64,000 nucleotides of DNA from Cenococcum geophilum (taxonomy: Eukaryota), in NCBI GenBank assembly GCA_050273025.1, contig CP158635.1, positions 30,194,001-30,258,000 of the forward strand, given 5' to 3'. The translations under genes were made by a program, and so were the position numbers. The notes under the pieces were generated by a model. It saw nothing but the letters and a program-made list of their open reading frames with translations. It searched no databases and was not told the DNA's origin. This document shows positions 48,118 through 62,281 of the stretch, in pieces (position 1 is the first letter of the stretch; every line of letters starts with the position of its first letter).

Positions 48118-51100
48118 TGTTGGTCATATAGGGTGACTTACCAATAACGACTACTTAAGTAGGGTTACAGTGATGTTTGTTAATAAAGCTTATTAATTAG
48201 AAAAGAGGAAGGGCGAGGAGCTTAAGGCTCCTCGCTACGCTAGTGCCGCGGCAACACATGATGGCAACTTGCCATTATGTGACGGCAATTTGCCGTACGT
48301 GACGGCAAATTGCCTTATTCCTAACACTGGCAACTCTTCTTTTATGGTTGCCCTCTATATATAAATACTGCTTAACTATTATAACAAATATGGATCCTCC
48401 TTACTTACTATTGCCATTATAATATAAGTCTTGCTATCCCAAAATTTGCCTTTTAGCACATAGTGCTTTCTTGCTGAGGAGTTGTGGGTAGACATTATGT
48501 TAGGGCCGTTAGGGCCGCTAAGGCGCTAGCTATAAGCGAGCTAATAGCGATTTTCTATACTGGGTATAGAAAATCCTAATTAGCTGGTTGAAATTAGGGT
48601 CTGTAGAGTATTATACTCTTACTCCCTTTTAACCTAACCTTTAACTTATACGCGTAAAGTATTTGTGTTAACAAACGCTTCTAGAGCCTTATTTAGGTTT
48701 ACCTTTATTATTATATCTACTAGGTTATCTTAACCGTTAATCCATTAAATCTTAAAGAGTTTTCGCCGTTTGTAGGATTAATAAAGTGCTATAATATTAA
48801 TTATAAGGCGCTTCTCCTTTGTAGTACTAAGCTTAACTAAGCACTTATAGAGGGAGTATAAGTTAGTATACATGATTATAGAGATGACGGGAAGTTTGAG
48901 TTAATCTATAATTATCTTTAGGGTAGTTCCAATTGTAATTGCTATATTAACTCCGCTAACTATTTTATATATCTCTAATGCTAGAACGCTTTAAGTGATA
49001 CGCTTACTCTTAGTTAAGCTCTAATAGATAAGATTACCGTAGATTGTGAAGTTATTCTCTCCGGTAGATTTATTCGCGATAATAATCTTATATCCTAGCT
49101 GGGAGCTAAAATCTTTATTGTTTATAAACGATCTATTAACAAATATAAAGAGCTTAGTGGTGGGAAGATTAATAGGTATATAGAGTAGTCCCCAGTTGAG
49201 ATGGTTTATTTACTAGGAGAGACGCTTATTTAGGGCAAGGACGTTATCCTTAGTTAGTTTCTGGTATTAAGCGGCAATAGAGAGATTAAATAAAGCCTTA
49301 GGTTAACAGATAGAAGCAATATAAGCTCTATAAGCGCGTTGCTCTATATATCCTTATTTTAGAGAATTAACGTTAATAATGTTAATCTTCTTGCCTTAAC
49401 CCTTCTGGCATAAAGCAATGGAATCCTTGTTTAGGGAGAGGACACATCTATTAAAGAGTAATAGTGTTATTAAATTAAGCTTTTCCTTTAGCTTTGCTAT
49501 AAGATTTGCCTTTACTAGCTCGTCTTCTTTAAGAGCTAAGAATTAGTTATCTCCTAAGATAATTATATTATTGGTTTATATGCTAATGATTCCGAATAGA
49601 GTTCCCGTAGTTATAATAAGGAAGTATAGATTAAATATAGAAGTAGTTATTAAAAGCTTCTCTTTATAGTGCTTACTATAGGTAGCCTACTAGTGAGTTC
49701 CTGCCTCTGCGATTCTATATAATGGCTTAAGCATAACTATAATCGTATCTTCGGAATATTGGTGGCGAATTTGCTCTGGAAGGTATGCTAATATTAAGCG
49801 CTAAAGGTGCGTCTCTAATTAGGTGTAGGCCTGAGTAATATCTTATAGATAGACCGCCATTTTATTCTTTATTAGGGAGGGAGCTAGTATAATAATAACT
49901 CGCTGACTGGCTTGTTAAATTATAGGAGATTGTATAAGAATTACCTCCTTACTATTATTGTTGTAGCCTTAGATAATAAGCCTTAATTTCTTAAATGGGG
50001 TATTAGTAGCTTTACCTTTAATCTCGTTAACTATTCTTAACTTAAAGATGCGAACTTTATTAAACTTAGTAGGGTTATACTTCTTAAACTTAAAGACTCC
50101 TCTTGCAATAAGACTATCGATCTCTTGCTTATTAGATGCTTAGAAAGGAGCTCCTAGAGTTATAATGCGACCTTTCTTTTAGAGCTGTTTTGCGAGTTTA
50201 AAGTTAGCCTTCTCCTTAGCTATTATAAAGGCTATTGATAGCTTAACTCTATTCTTAATAGCGGCAACAAATTGCTCTTTAAAATTAATAAAATATTAGC
50301 GATTTTATAATCCCTTTGGGCGACCTCTACCGCGTTATAGTTGTGGCGTATTTACTACAATTATATTAGGATTGTGGTCGCCTTCTAGAGTATGTTAATT
50401 ATGGCTCTCCTCTAAGGCATCTTCTATGGTATCCTATAAAGGCTTAGAACTATTATCTTTGTAGTAAGGCTTAATAATAGTTAAACGGAATTAAGTAGGT
50501 CCGTAAGGCATCTAAATAGTATAAGTTTAACTATTAATTATAATGAGTTAATATGGGCCTAACTATTCTCCCTTTTTACGCTATACGCGTACCTTAGACT
50601 AAAGTGGCAGATTGAGTATAGTTAAGGTGTTTGGGCCATTTCTTATTTCTAGTGCGTCGTTGACCTGGCATATAGCGTAGAGACGTTATACCTCCTTCGT
50701 TGCCTTGTAAATAGCCTTAGCTTATTATATAACGGAGGGAGATAGTAGAGAATTGTTAGTTATTTAAGGGTAGGCGCTAAAGACTAGTAACGTAGGTATA
50801 AGTCTATCTGGGCTAGCGGAATCGTTAATAGCTTTAACAGCCATTTGTAAGGTAAGTTTTTCGCTAGCATCCTCTAGTTCTAAAGAGATAATCTTATATA
50901 CGCGGCGTAATAGCACGTAGTATTGTTCTACTTTTTTAACACTATTATATACCTTAATAGGGACTTCCTTAACCTTAATTGCTATTGCCTTTATTTGTTA
51001 TCAGAACTCCGTAAATAAGAAGTTCTTTCCTATATTATAGATGATTTAATTAGGGGGTCCTAGGTAGATATTAATCTAGTATAATTATAGGGTATCCTAT

Positions 51101-54100
51101 ACGTTCCTAGCTAATATATCCTTTAAGAAACGTGCGGCTTGGAAGGAGGTTAAGAAGTTAATAACTTAAAGTACTGGCTTGCCGCTAAGATATATGACGT
51201 TAACAATAATACAGAAGTTAAAGTTATAGTTATCTTTAAGGGTGAACTTAAATCGGCTAGGGGACTTCTAGTTTATTTAGTAGTAGTAGCAGTACTTTAT
51301 AAGATGCTTAATTGCCTTAACCTTGACTTTATAGCCTACTCGCTAAAGAACCCTAAGTAATTAATAAACGGATGGGTGGCTAAAACGATGGTGTAGTTGG
51401 CGTAACTCTAACTTAGTTAAATAGCTCTAAGCAATACTCCTTTCTAGTTGTTAAAGGAGCAGCTAAGGGTAACCCCACTTGCGTACAATAGGCACCTAAT
51501 TATCTCCCTGCACGAGCATATTCTTAAGGTTGTTAAGTTTAACGCCTAATTTGTCTATATCCCTAATATAGAATAGAAACGGAGTGTTCGCGGGAATAAT
51601 GTGGAAAGTGATGTATCCTAAGGGGGTTTAGACCCTAATTGTGCCGAGAGAGATTGCGGTACCCTTACTAAAACGTATTGTATGTTGGCCTACCGTTAAT
51701 TGGTTAATCTGGATAGAAGTATTAAGTTATTAAAGGGCTTAAACTTAAGGTTCTCCTGCTGTAGATACTCCTGCGGTTCTAGTATCTAGCATAATACTAT
51801 GAAAGATATTCGCCGAGTATCTGTCGTTAAAGGAGAACGTAGAGCTCTCCTTTGGCTTATTAAAGATATCTGACTTTATAGTAAAATAGAGCGTAGATTG
51901 GTTATTAAGAATAGTGACGGTTTGTGTGCTATCTACCTTACCATACTTAGTAAAGTATTGGTTGGGTAAGTAGTCCTTAATTTCTATATCTATAAGAAGC
52001 TATTTGGCCTTATTAACCTTACCCTTAAGATCTTCTACGCCTTTATATTAAACCAGAAAGCTTTAGAAGTAAGCCGTAGTAGCTTTATAATTTCCGACGT
52101 TTTTTATACTCTGGCGAAACTTATTATATACCTCCTTTTGCTTATTAAGAGAATGCCTAGTTAACTAGCAATTCGGTTTCTTATAAACGTAGTATTTCTT
52201 CTGGCGATTACTTTAAAATAAACCTCCACGAGGACCTCTACCTTTGCCTTATAGTCGTTAATTATACCCTCTACCGTATTACCTACTACGGCTACTATAT
52301 ATTCGATTAGTCTAGTTATGGTTATATTAGTTGGGCGGGTTAATTAAAGTAGGTTAGAGTTAGGCGTTAAATTGCTGTACTTCTTAAGAGCGTAGAGCGG
52401 TGCTAATAGAAGATCTTAATTAGGTATATACTCCTTTGTAAGTATTTATAGGATTAAAGAGAGCAAGGTTATATTCTTTAACGCCTTAGCATGCGCTAAT
52501 AACTTAATTATATAGGCTAAAATCCTCTTAATATGATTCGGATAAACTACGCTAAATCGTCTGAAGTTAATTAAAGAGCTTTTAAAGATAATTAAGCCGA
52601 GGGATACCTAGGTTTATAGCAATGATCCTTAGGAAGGTAGTCTCTCTCCATTCTAATATATATTACTACTTATTCTCTTCTGTTTTAAAGTGGTATCTTA
52701 ATATATATATTATGCGGTTGAAATTATATCCTTTTCCTGCCAAACGATTGTAATAGAAGGTACTAGCTTGGCCCTTAAGCATAACGGAATAGGCGTTGTG
52801 GTATTAATTAGACTCTATTCCTACCTTCTAGTAATAGTTATAGAAGATACGTAGTTTCAAATTAAGAATATTATATAATTCCCCGCTAAACTTCTTCTCC
52901 TAATCTAAGTAGAGCTTCGTAAGCTCTATAAGTAATTTTAAACTGCCTCCGATTTGAGATTAAGATGGAGGAGGTAGGAGTTGCATTGCAGGCTATAGTA
53001 GGGATGTAGGTCTAGTCAGTAGAGTCTGAAGGTTATTAGATCGCGAAGTAAGGGGATCTTATACTTGCTCGTGTTAAGAGGCAGTGGTTAAAGTTGCGGG
53101 TTAAATTAGTGGATTCTAGGGAACTAAAGATAGAGGTAGAGGCGATAGATATAGAACGGAAGAACTCGTACCTAGAGTAATAGAATTAGAACGCGTCTCT
53201 TATAGTATATTACCTGGATTCTATTATAAGTTGAGCTTCCTTATAGTGCGTAGTTGGTGCTTAATCTCTTATAGAGTCTATTTGTGCTCCTCTTTTGCGT
53301 TAAGAACCTACTCCTAAATATTATCTTTAATAACGCCCCCATCCTTAGGGATAAATACTCTATTCTCCCGAAGGAAGTTATAGAAGTCCTATACGATATC
53401 CTTGTTTACGGGGGCCTATGTTTCCTTTGTCCATCTAATAAAGTCCTCCTTTATACATTCCTATAGCGCAGTATTATTGTATTTACTGTCTTTATAATGT
53501 GCTATACGGTGTAATAAAAAACTATTTAAGTCTTGTTTATTAGCGTTTGTAAGGTTAATTATAGCTTTATTCTATATCTTTGGGTTAATGTCTTCCTTAT
53601 ACTTTTTTGGGTAGGTTAACGCTATAATAGGTATAAAATCGACGGGGTGTCGTACGTTAAAGGTAGGTAGGATTTTCGGTTTTGTAGGATCTTGTAGGTT
53701 TGCTGTTAAGAGGTAGGCAATTTGAGATATTGTTTAACGCGTTTTGGACGTTAACTTAGGACCTTAGGTTTAGTAACACTTCTAAACTTCTAACCTAAAG
53801 TACTCAACCAAATCTTTGTAAACGCAGTTGTTCTGCGTAATAGACGTAACTTAGTATCTCCTAGTACTTAGTGACACTTCTGTTACTAGTTTTCCGCAAG
53901 TTTAAGGTAGCACGGTATCGCTGGGATCCATTCCATATAAGCGTATATAGCACCCCTGCATGAGACTGTTTCTTCTGTTTAAAAACCTAGCTGCTCTATG
54001 GTTGACTGTGTATTTAACCACTAATTAGTGTTGGTCACATAGGGTGACTTACTAATAACGACTACTCGAGTAGGGTTACAGTGATGTTTATTGATAAAGC

Positions 54101-54237
54101 TTATTGATTAGAAAAGAGGAAGGGCGAGGAGCTTAAGGCTCCTCGCCACGCTAGTGCCGCGGCGACACGTGATGGCAACTTGCCATCACGTGACGGCAAT
54201 TTGCCGTACGTGACGGCAAATTGCCTCATTCCTGACA
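48118..54237 (-). mobile_element. Full-length Ty1/Copia retrotransposon (family E)
   Basis: 209-bp LTRs at 48118-48326 and 54029-54237; TSD ATAAG; PPT complement after 48326; minus-strand LHHRFSHPS pre-integrase, DSASPD integrase, and RT with a QTDD-type motif. Confidence 0.92.
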
Positions 54238-55820
54238 ATAAGTAAAGAAAATAAGTAGTATAGCTAAATAAAGAATGGAGATATTTATAAATCTTTACGC
54301 AAACCTTAAAGAAGTAGTAAAAATAGTATAGTAAAGGATAAAAAAAAGTACTCTAATGCTTAGAGATCTAAGGGACTGGATCTTAAAGAGGGAGATAAAG
54401 TATAGCTACTATACTAAAATTTTAAGAGTTAATAACTAAGTGAGAATTAGACTATATTAGACTAGGACTGTTTAAAATTATAGTAAAGATTTCGGAAGTT
54501 ATATATAGACTTAATTTACTAAAAAGGATAAAGATTTACCCTATATAGTATATCGCGATACTAAAGCTAGTATATAGGAATATTAAGCTACTAGTTTATA
54601 AAGTAGATAAATAGACAATAAGAAGAAGATAAATAGGAAGTTTAAAGGATTATTAGTTTATAAGGATATTAATAATAAAACAGAGTATAAAATACAGTAG
54701 ATAGGCAATAATAAGACTATCTAAAAATTACTAGAATCTAAAGAACGCTATAGAAAAGGTAAAGGAGTATTAAAAGAAATTAGGTTAGAAAGTATTAATA
54801 AGGAAAAATTACTAAAGAATAAATTACCTAATGGGGACCTAAGAGGATTAGCTACTAAGGTATTTAGAGTTATTTCCCTCTTTATTAAACTAGAAACCTT
54901 TTTAGTCTTCTTTTACTTAAGCTTAAGAAAAACCTACTTAGCTAAATAGAACTTCTTTAAATAAACCTTTTTATAAACCTACTTAAGATAGGTTAGTTAA
55001 GCGTAAGTAGTTAGCTAAGTATTAAGTATTTAAAACTCTTTAGTATAAAGGTACTAAAGCGTAGCCAGAATAAGCTCCTATTTACTGCGTAAATAATCTA
55101 GATTACTATAGGTTAAGGAAAGTTAGTTTTTTAATATTTTAGCAGCGGATTAAACCTAGGACCCTATAATAAATTAAATAAGATACTAAGCAATTAAAAA
55201 GAATAATAAGATATATATACTTAGCGTTAAAAATAGATTAAATATTATAGTATAATTATATATTCGCTTGTATATACCTAGTATATAAAGAAGGTTGGTA
55301 ACTATATAGAGCTATAATTATAATATATACTAACTTCTTCTTCATATAACGAGAATATAATAGTATAATTTTACTTAGTGAGAGGATAATTAAAATAAGC
55401 TAGTTATAATAATTAGAGAATAAAGATTAAATAGGAGGTAATAAAAATAATAAAGGTTATTAAAATAAGGACGGGAATACTATATCTCTGGTAAAACGAC
55501 TTAAAGATAAAGAGGAGGGGGATAGTATTACGGACCTTATATTAGCAGTAGTATAACTATTAAAAAAAGATAGAAAGGGTTAGTTAAAATAGTATAAGAG
55601 GTGCTAAAACTAATTAAGCTATAGGATAAGGGGTAGCTAAGTTATATAGCTAGTTATATTGTAAGTTTAGAATATAGGAATATAGAAATATAAGGGCGTA
55701 TAAAATATACTAACGTACTAATATACTTAGTATATTTCTTAGGCGCAGTATTATATATTTAAAGGACTATAATCCCTACCTATATAGTTTTCTTTTTTAT
55801 AGTAAATCTTAGAATATAAT

Positions 55821-55949
55821 TATAAGGTGACAAGCTCCGCACTACTTAGCTACGGTATAAACCCCACAAGGTAAGCGAGTGACTAGCTTAACGCTAGGCA
55901 TAGCTGTGCGGAACAATATATATAGGTAAGGTGGCTCGGTCACCTGACA
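55821..55949 (+). repeat. Very short solo LTR (129 bp) inside the B2 3' LTR
   Basis: T(G)TAAGGTGAC...GTCACCTGACA termini and TSD ATAAT; homologous to 8504-8627. Confidence 0.87.
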
Positions 55950-56076
55950 ATAATTAAAGTTAATTTATTAAGTAACCTACTTTACTAGTTATATTTATAT
56001 TATTAACTTCTTATTTACCTATATACCTAGCCTATTAATAAGTTAACCGTAGTAATTCCTGTAAGGCTTTATTACA

Positions 56077-57990
56077 CTACACATCCCTTTACTATAGCGT
56101 TTTTAGGTACTTCTTAACGCTATCCTCCCGCGGAAATAGGTAGCTATTAATTTTTATAGCTTTCTATATTTAATAAAGGTCTATTAAAGCAGTAACATAG
56201 CTGTAAACTAACTACTCTAAGAGCCGCGTCTCCTTTTAGGGTATATTAATATTAGCTTTATAGTCCTTCCCTTTTAAGAGCTAGCCTAAAACCTCCTTAA
56301 TAAGGAAAAATAATGGCTTGTCCTCTATAACGGTATTGCTATTATAGTACTGCTTCTGTTTATAAAATGCCTAGAGCGAAATAATATATTAGTTATAGGT
56401 TATAATGCTTTTAGTACTAATTCCTTTTCTACCCTATTAGGGGCTGTCTTAGCGGCTCTTTAAAGGGCTATTGTTTTAATATAGAGCTATATTGGGGGAA
56501 TAGCCGCTCCCTTCTCTATTACAGCTATTAGTATTTGCTAATATACCCCTATAGCCCTATAGAGACACTTATTCTAGACCTTCTATAGTAATTTAATTAG
56601 GCTTTTCACTGGCATTCCACCGTCATCCCGTACTCCCTATACTTAGGCGCTATATAGTATTACTAGTTAGACGGTAGCCGTATATAGGAGGCGCGAGTGG
56701 CGCATTAATGGGCCCTATATGGACGTAGTGATCCTTAATATCGCTTTAGAGGCTATTAAGCCCTTACTTATAGCCTTCTTAACCTATTCTTTCTACTAAA
56801 GCTTAGGATCTACCTAAATCCCTAGGGCTCGCATATTGGTTTTCTAGGGAGCTGTCTTGCAGCTAGCGTAGCGCCGTCGCCTTGTAAAGTATATTAGCTA
56901 GTATTTTTTAGGGGCGAACGTTACGCCGTGTCGGTTTGCCTATATAGTATAGTAGCTATAAGCGGTTTCCAATTATCGACAATTCTCTACTATAGAGTCC
57001 CCCTAGGTAATAAGGTTTGCATTACCTATAAAGCTAAACCCTAAAGTACCATTATTAGGGCTCTAGAATTCCTCTAAGAGCTCTAATATAAAGAAGAGAA
57101 ATAGGATTGGCGATAAGGGAGACCCCTAGAGAATGCCTATCTGCGTCTAGATTTAGTTGCTTTTATATCCTATAAACTTAACACAGATCTTATATACTAT
57201 TAGGAAGCTTTATATAATATCTATAAGCCACTTTAAAAAGCCCTTTCTTTTTAGGATATAGAGAAGCCTTTTATAGAAGACATTGTTAAATGCCCCTACT
57301 AAGTCTAAGCTTAGTATTAATACCACGCACCCATAGCGCGTTTGCTACGCTATCTATATATAAAAGCTAAGCAGTCCTACCGCTAATAGTATAGATTGCT
57401 TGCGCCTTGCTCCTATCTAGTTTTAGGGAAGTAGCTTATACTCCTCCGCTGCCTTAGATATAATATTAGCTATATACTTCTCTTAAACTTTTTCTAGCGT
57501 GTTTTTAAGAGTAATTAGTCTATAGCTGCCTAGGAGAGAATAGTCTTTTTTTCCCTTCTTTATATAAGACTATAGTTATAGATTCTATAAGGCTTTCTGG
57601 TATTATTTCGCTGGTAAAGTAATAACTAGCTACTTCTGCTAGGTCTTTTATAATAACTAGTATAACCACTTTAAGGACCTTATTTGGTATACTATCTAGC
57701 CTTAAGGCTTTTCCATTTAGAAGGCTCCTAATTAGCTTACTAATTTTTTCTGTTAAGCTAATAGGGCTAATATTAAGTGCCCTTTGTTCTATTATTGCTT
57801 CTCTCTTAATATCGCTAAGGTTTGCTGTTCCTGTTTTAGGGAAAAACTTAGCTGTAAAAATATTTGCTTTTATGGTATTATTGTTTATTAAGGGGTCTTT
57901 AATAGACCTTCTAAGGTCTGGTAGATGGGGTCCGCCTTTACTACGCTTGCTTTTTTACTCTACTTTAATAGGATCTAAAGTCCCTTAGAT
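56077..57990 (-). mobile_element. Tad1-like LINE ORF2 fragment (RT, possibly RNase H), RIP-mutated
   Basis: Minus-strand SYRLITL.NTL.K, LDL.GAF(D)NV and GI.QGSPLSPILFLF motifs; both ends truncated. Confidence 0.85.
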
Positions 57991-58084
57991 ATATTATATA
58001 AGCTTATAAATAAAGCTACTAGATATCTACAGAATATTCTACTTAAGCTATATAAGGAGAGGAGCCTGTTATCTAGAGGTCTGC

Positions 58085-58289
58085 TATAACCGACTACGGT
58101 ACCCTGCTAAAATACTACCTTGTCTTGTCTCGTATCACCATATACACCTTAACTCGCTCACCGACTCGGCCACTGACTCGGTCAATTACCCCTTATTTCC
58201 TACGCCTTCTTCATGTATATATACCACTTGATTTCCATAGATTTACAATTAAGTTGCTCGTTCAATACCTACACACTGCAAGGCTTACA
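58085..58289 (+). repeat. Solo LTR related to Copia family D (205 bp)
   Basis: T(G)TAACC...GCAAGGCTTACA termini and TSD TCTGC. Confidence 0.88.
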
Positions 58290-59884
58290 TCTGCCCTATT
58301 ACTTTAATTGCGATAATTCGTTGCAGGCTTATAAGGGGTATAATATCATTACAATATACTAGAAATATTGCGAAGAGTAAGTACTTAAAGGACCTATTTA
58401 TAAGTATTAAGAAGTGGATTAAAGGATGGCTTAATATAATATACTAGGATATAGTTTAGAGTCCAATTTCTAGTTATATTATATCTGATAATTAAATCCG
58501 CATGCTCTATATCTAACCTTCGCTAACTTATAAGGGCCTTAAGCGGATATTACTTAAATAGGATTATAGCTTCCTAGGAGATAAAGTAGACACACTTATC
58601 CTCTTTATTTATATAAAAGAAACGTAATACTTTAATACTAGTGTTTTATAGGCTGCGTTGCAATCTAGTCGACGTATTACCGTATCTAGAAGCTTATTAT
58701 AGACGCCTTTACTATTAGTAGGTTAATAGGGACCTATTAGTGTATTAACTATAAAGAGTGCTAGCCTTAATTAACTGTTATAAATCAAAGTATTACCGCC
58801 CTTATAGCTATTATTAGCATTTAGCTTATAAACAGATATAACTAAGTCTTAAATATCTTAGCTTGTATTAACCTAAACTTATAGGCGAACTAGTCCTAAA
58901 CTACGTATACTACTCTATTATAGTTATCTTAACAGCTAGATATTTAATATTTATATACTCTAGATATATGGCTGCCTACTTAAAAATCGTCTGGTGTATA
59001 TTTATAGTACCCTTAACTTAACCTTTAGTATCCTAATAACTCTCTATAGTGCCTCTATTATTCTTAATAGCTTCCTAATATAGCTCTATACTATCCTTAT
59101 AATTCTTTACTACCTTAATTTATATCTTAGAATAACCTAAGTATTAGTCCGTAGTATAGCCTTTAAGCTTTATAGTAGAAGTCTAATAGTATTATTAGCT
59201 TAAATATAGGTGGCGCTAGTTTATAGCGTAGTGTTTAATCTTTATAGCGATCTTTATATACGGTTATTGCGAATTAATGTGGCCTTATTAATAATCGTAC
59301 TAATAATAGTCTATTATTAGTAGCAATCTACGGTAATTTAGTGTCAATAGTAATAGCAAACTGCTGTATTATAGCACCCTCTACGGTAACTCAGCAGTAG
59401 GATACTAGAAGGGAATTAGCCTATATAGTAGGTATAGACGCATATCTATAGAGTTGGTATAAAAGTTTAGCAGCTTATCTATTAACTTAGGCTTGTTGCT
59501 TATAGCGGCTTTTAAATAGTTCGTCTAATTAATTATATATTAGTGCTTAATAACTATATATTTTACTTAGTAGCTCGCTAGTATAATTAGGAAGCTTATT
59601 CTAATGCGCAGACTTATAGGCTAATATATTAACCACTATAGAGTTAGCTCCCTTTTAGCTAGCAGAATTAACTAGAGACAAATCTAGCACTTACTACCGC
59701 TCTACTTGGGTAGGGGGTACTACCTCTACTTATATAGCTAATACTAATATAATTTTAAGCTAGTCTCTTTAGCTAATTCTCCTCTTTAGTACTGTACTAG
59801 CTAGCAGTATAATCTTAAAAAAGACGCAGAGACGTTTATTTACTAATATTAGTGATAATATAAGTATAAATAGGCCGTAGCTAA

Positions 59885-60445
59885 AGCGCTAGATATTAGA
59901 GCTTATAGCACAGTATTAGGTCTTAGCCCTTAGAGTAATCTAGATATTAAAGCTTATAGCGTAGTATTAAATCCAAATCCATAGGGCAGTCTAAGTGTTA
60001 AAGCTTATATTATACTACTAAGTCTTAACTATTAAACAAGCCTAAGATTTAATATTTATAATATAGCACTAGATCTCCAATTATAAAAAATTCTAAAGTT
60101 TAATATCTACGGCGTAGTACTAGTTCTTAAGTAGTAGGAAATCTAGAAATTTATAATTTATAATATAGTATTAGATCTCCGCTCCTAGAAAATTCTAAGG
60201 CTTAGAATTTAAGTTATAATACTAGATCTCCGCTCCTAAAAAACTCTAAGGCTTAGGGTTTATAGGCTAATACTTAATTTCCGCCCTCTAAACTAGGCGC
60301 AGTTTAAAATTCACGTATTAATACTTAATTCCTACCTTCTAAATTAGGTGCGGCTTATAATTTATAGTTTAATATTTAATCTCCGCTCTTTAAACTAAGC
60401 GTAGCTTAGAACCTATAGCCTAGTACTTAATCTCCGCATTTAGTT
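59885..60445 (-). repeat. Degenerate tandem array of ~45-51 bp units
   Basis: Recurring TAGATCTCC/TTAATCTCCGC and AGCTTATAGC cores at spacings of about 51, 48 and 45 bp. Confidence 0.65.
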
Positions 60446-61756
60446 TTAGATATAACGTAGCTTTAGTAGGTTAGTATTTAATATTCCTTAGCGTTTTACT
60501 TATTTATTAACTTAACTAAGATTTAGGTAACGCTCTAATTAATATTTAGGTATTAAGTATTAACCTCTATATACGTATTTAAATAGGTTATTAAATTCTT
60601 ATCTAAAAAAATACTAAGGTCTATACCTAAAGCTCCTAAAACCCATAGAACCTATATTATATTAGCTATTTAGTTTAAGTGTTTTATAATCCTCTTAACT
60701 AGATATTATTTATTCTTCTTACGCTACTATACCTTAAGCCTCTTAACTAATATTAGATCTACCTTATGGTAAGAGAAAATAAAAGAATATATCTATACAC
60801 TTTAAAAGTAAGAAATTGGCTTATTACCCTTCTCCAGCACCTTAATTAAGCGGCAATTCTATATTAATATTACTTTGTAAGTTAACGAGACAGTACCTAC
60901 TTACTTTAATTAGTAGTAACTTAACTATAAAGGATTTACGCGTTATAAATAAGCGTATATAAGGTAGTTAATATTTACTAAAGTAAGTTACTATAATAGT
61001 AATTATTTATTAGTAAGCTAATATAATAAAATCTATAGCGTGGATATTTACCTTAAATTAACCTCTATACCTTTTAGCTTACAGCATTACACTATAAACT
61101 TTATTATTGTTATTTCATTTACTGTCTATTAGTATATTACTATTTATAATACTTTCTTTTATACCTCTAAATACGTCTAATAGTTATTTAGTTAAGGAAC
61201 TTAATACGCGTAATATTAATAATTAAATAATTAAGGACGCTTTTAAGGACGCTATTTCTTTTACTAATCCTTTAAATTTTCTACTTAGAGAGTAAGCTTT
61301 CTAATACTAAATTATACCTACAGCTAATATAATTTTAGGAAATATATACTAAAGCACTTTTTATTAGATCTAGCAGAGCACTATAATAAGGTTATTGCAA
61401 AATCCGCTAGAAATCTACTTACTTTTTACTGCCTACCTTTTTCCTACCTACTTCTTTACCGTTTACCTCTTTACCGCTTGCCTTTAAGCCGCTTATTTTT
61501 TTATCGCCTACTACTTTTAAGAAGTTTAATCCTTATTATGCTTTTACTTCTTTTAAGAGGTAAGCGAATAGAATTACTGCGTAAAATGTTTAGTATAAGA
61601 TAGCCTTTAAATTATATATATTAACTATACTCTTTTAGTGTCTTATCTACTAATTTACTTCTTATAGTAATCTAATAAAAATATTAGAGATTTTAAATAA
61701 TGATAAAGAGAATAACCTTAATAACGCCAACTTTCCTAAAAGTCCTTCTTTATCCT

Positions 61757-62004
61757 TGTTACGGAAGTAGGCATAAGCTAAAATACAATGTACTAAACGG
61801 AGTAGTAATTGAAGAAGGCTACGTATACGTAACTATGCGTGGTTAATATAAAGACATTTAGATGCAGAATAGAATAGAATAAGTTAGGTACGGGTATAAA
61901 TAGGGGTTGTAGGGGAATGTGTGTAGATGTCTTGGGACAAACGTAAGCACGGATTAAGAACGTTAAAACGCGCAGAGACGTGAGAACGTATAAGTCTCGT
62001 AACA
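61757..62004. repeat. Solo LTR (248 bp)
   Basis: TGTTACG...CGTAACA termini and TSD ATCCT. Confidence 0.88.
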
Positions 62005-62281
62005 ATCCTCTTATAATCTCTACAGCCTTTAGAAGCTCTATAGTATATAGATGGCCTAAGCTATAATATTAAATATTAACACAAATAAGCGCCTTTCTAT
62101 TTAAGTGCTGTTAGTAAATAAATAGTATACCCTAAAAGCTAGTGCTTAGAAAAATATAAAGGAAGCTCGCTAGCAGATATATACCTATATCTAGAATATT
62201 AAGGGTAGCTTTAGTATACTACGCAGTCTGCTATATACTCTATACGTTAAGCAAAACTATAAATATTATATTTATAAGCAG

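Larger units (their letters stand above)
45970..56076 (+). mobile_element. Family B copy B2, from RT to the 3' LTR (55526-56076); 5' half missing
   Basis: Collinear with B1 from ~32820 onward; PPT AAAGAGGAGGGGGATAG; interrupted by two solo LTRs and Copia E. Confidence 0.88.
57990..62281 (-). pseudogene. Unidentified heavily RIP-mutated coding-like region
   Basis: Long minus-strand stretches whose stops are mostly TAA/TAG (RIP-revertible), plus codon-multiple repeats; no TE domain recognised. Confidence 0.35.

Noticed and set aside
5100..56076. B0 (5' half, minus) and B2 (3' half, plus) as one element split by a large inversion
   Set aside because: The junction at 45969/45970 falls exactly at an LTR terminus, which favours insertion of B0 into B2 followed by deletion; not fully excluded.
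59885..60445. CRISPR-like periodicity
   Set aside because: Eukaryotic context; whole units are degenerate copies without unique spacers.
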